IMG/VR virus record: IMGVR_UViG_3300017917_005385
Strand: one strand, 5' to 3'
DNA from: an uncultured virus (IMG/VR IMGVR_UViG_3300017917_005385)
Lineage: Duplodnaviria > Heunggongvirae > Uroviricota > Caudoviricetes
DNA: 26,009 bases
Shown: positions 25,887-26,009 of the stretch, one piece after another
Layout of the letters: every line of letters starts with the position of its first letter
Numbering within the stretch: position 1 is the stretch's first letter
Position numbers and translations under genes: made by a program
Notes under the pieces: model-generated
The model's database searches: none
Told to the model about the DNA's origin: nothing
Seen by the model: the letters and a program-made list of their open reading frames with translations, nothing else

Positions 25887-25893
25887 TCTTTTT
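25864..25893. terminator. Bidirectional terminator overlapping two convergent stop codons
   Basis: AAAAAGACTATTC-ATTT-GAATAGTCTTTTT. Confidence 0.75.
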
Positions 25894-26009
25894 ATTTTAT
25901 ATTTTCTAAGTTTCTTTTTAGAGTGTACACTTCTTAAATATTCTCCAAAATCAATTTGTTGATCAAATTGATTCCAAAACCACTCAGTAAATTCCTTTTT
26001 ATTTTTCAT
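25875..26009 (-). CDS. Small or 5'-truncated hypothetical protein ending RKYKIKRLFK (not in the ORF track)
   Basis: Read manually as MKNKKEFTEWFWNQFDQQIDFGEYLRSVHSKKKLRKYKIKRLFK*. The ATG is at the window edge, so the gene may extend further. Confidence 0.55.
   Translation of the reverse strand: MKNKKEFTEWFWNQFDQQIDFGEYLRSVHSKKKLRKYKIKRLFK

Noticed and set aside
1..26009. Stop-codon reassignment, as in some large phages
   Set aside because: Conserved genes are full length in the standard code, and TAG and TGA both occur as plausible true stops next to terminators or coupled starts.

Overview
Gene-dense, strongly AT-rich segment of a large T4-like (myovirus-type, probably jumbo) phage genome, read in the standard genetic code. 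T4-like core genes are recognisable: gp32-like ssDNA-binding protein, gp3-like tail completion protein and gp13-like neck protein. Bacteroidetes-type promoters (TAnnTTTG, one with a correctly spaced TTTG) suggest a Bacteroidota host. Bases 1-8132 are a + strand glycan-biosynthesis island (GT7C-like, GT6, GT2, two FkbM methyltransferases, two GT11, an SDR epimerase, an O-fucosyltransferase-like protein and a two-domain GT). Nucleotide and sugar metabolism genes include nrdB, an IMPDH/GMP-reductase-family enzyme, a HAD-nucleotidyltransferase fusion and a GDPD-like protein. The most striking unexplained structure is two sets of otherwise unrelated proteins that share short terminal peptides. (1) Minus-strand genes start with an MKY(L/I)KxF/Y-E-like leader resembling the T4 capsid-targeting sequence; one is an Acb1-like 2H phosphoesterase fused to a DEDDh exonuclease. 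(2) Six tandem + strand small genes behind a host-type promoter all end in an R-x3-L-x2-L-(G/hydrophobic) tail. The window also holds a candidate three-hairpin small RNA with its own phage-type promoter and an ArfA-like basic peptide. All family assignments come from motif recognition by eye, not from database searches.
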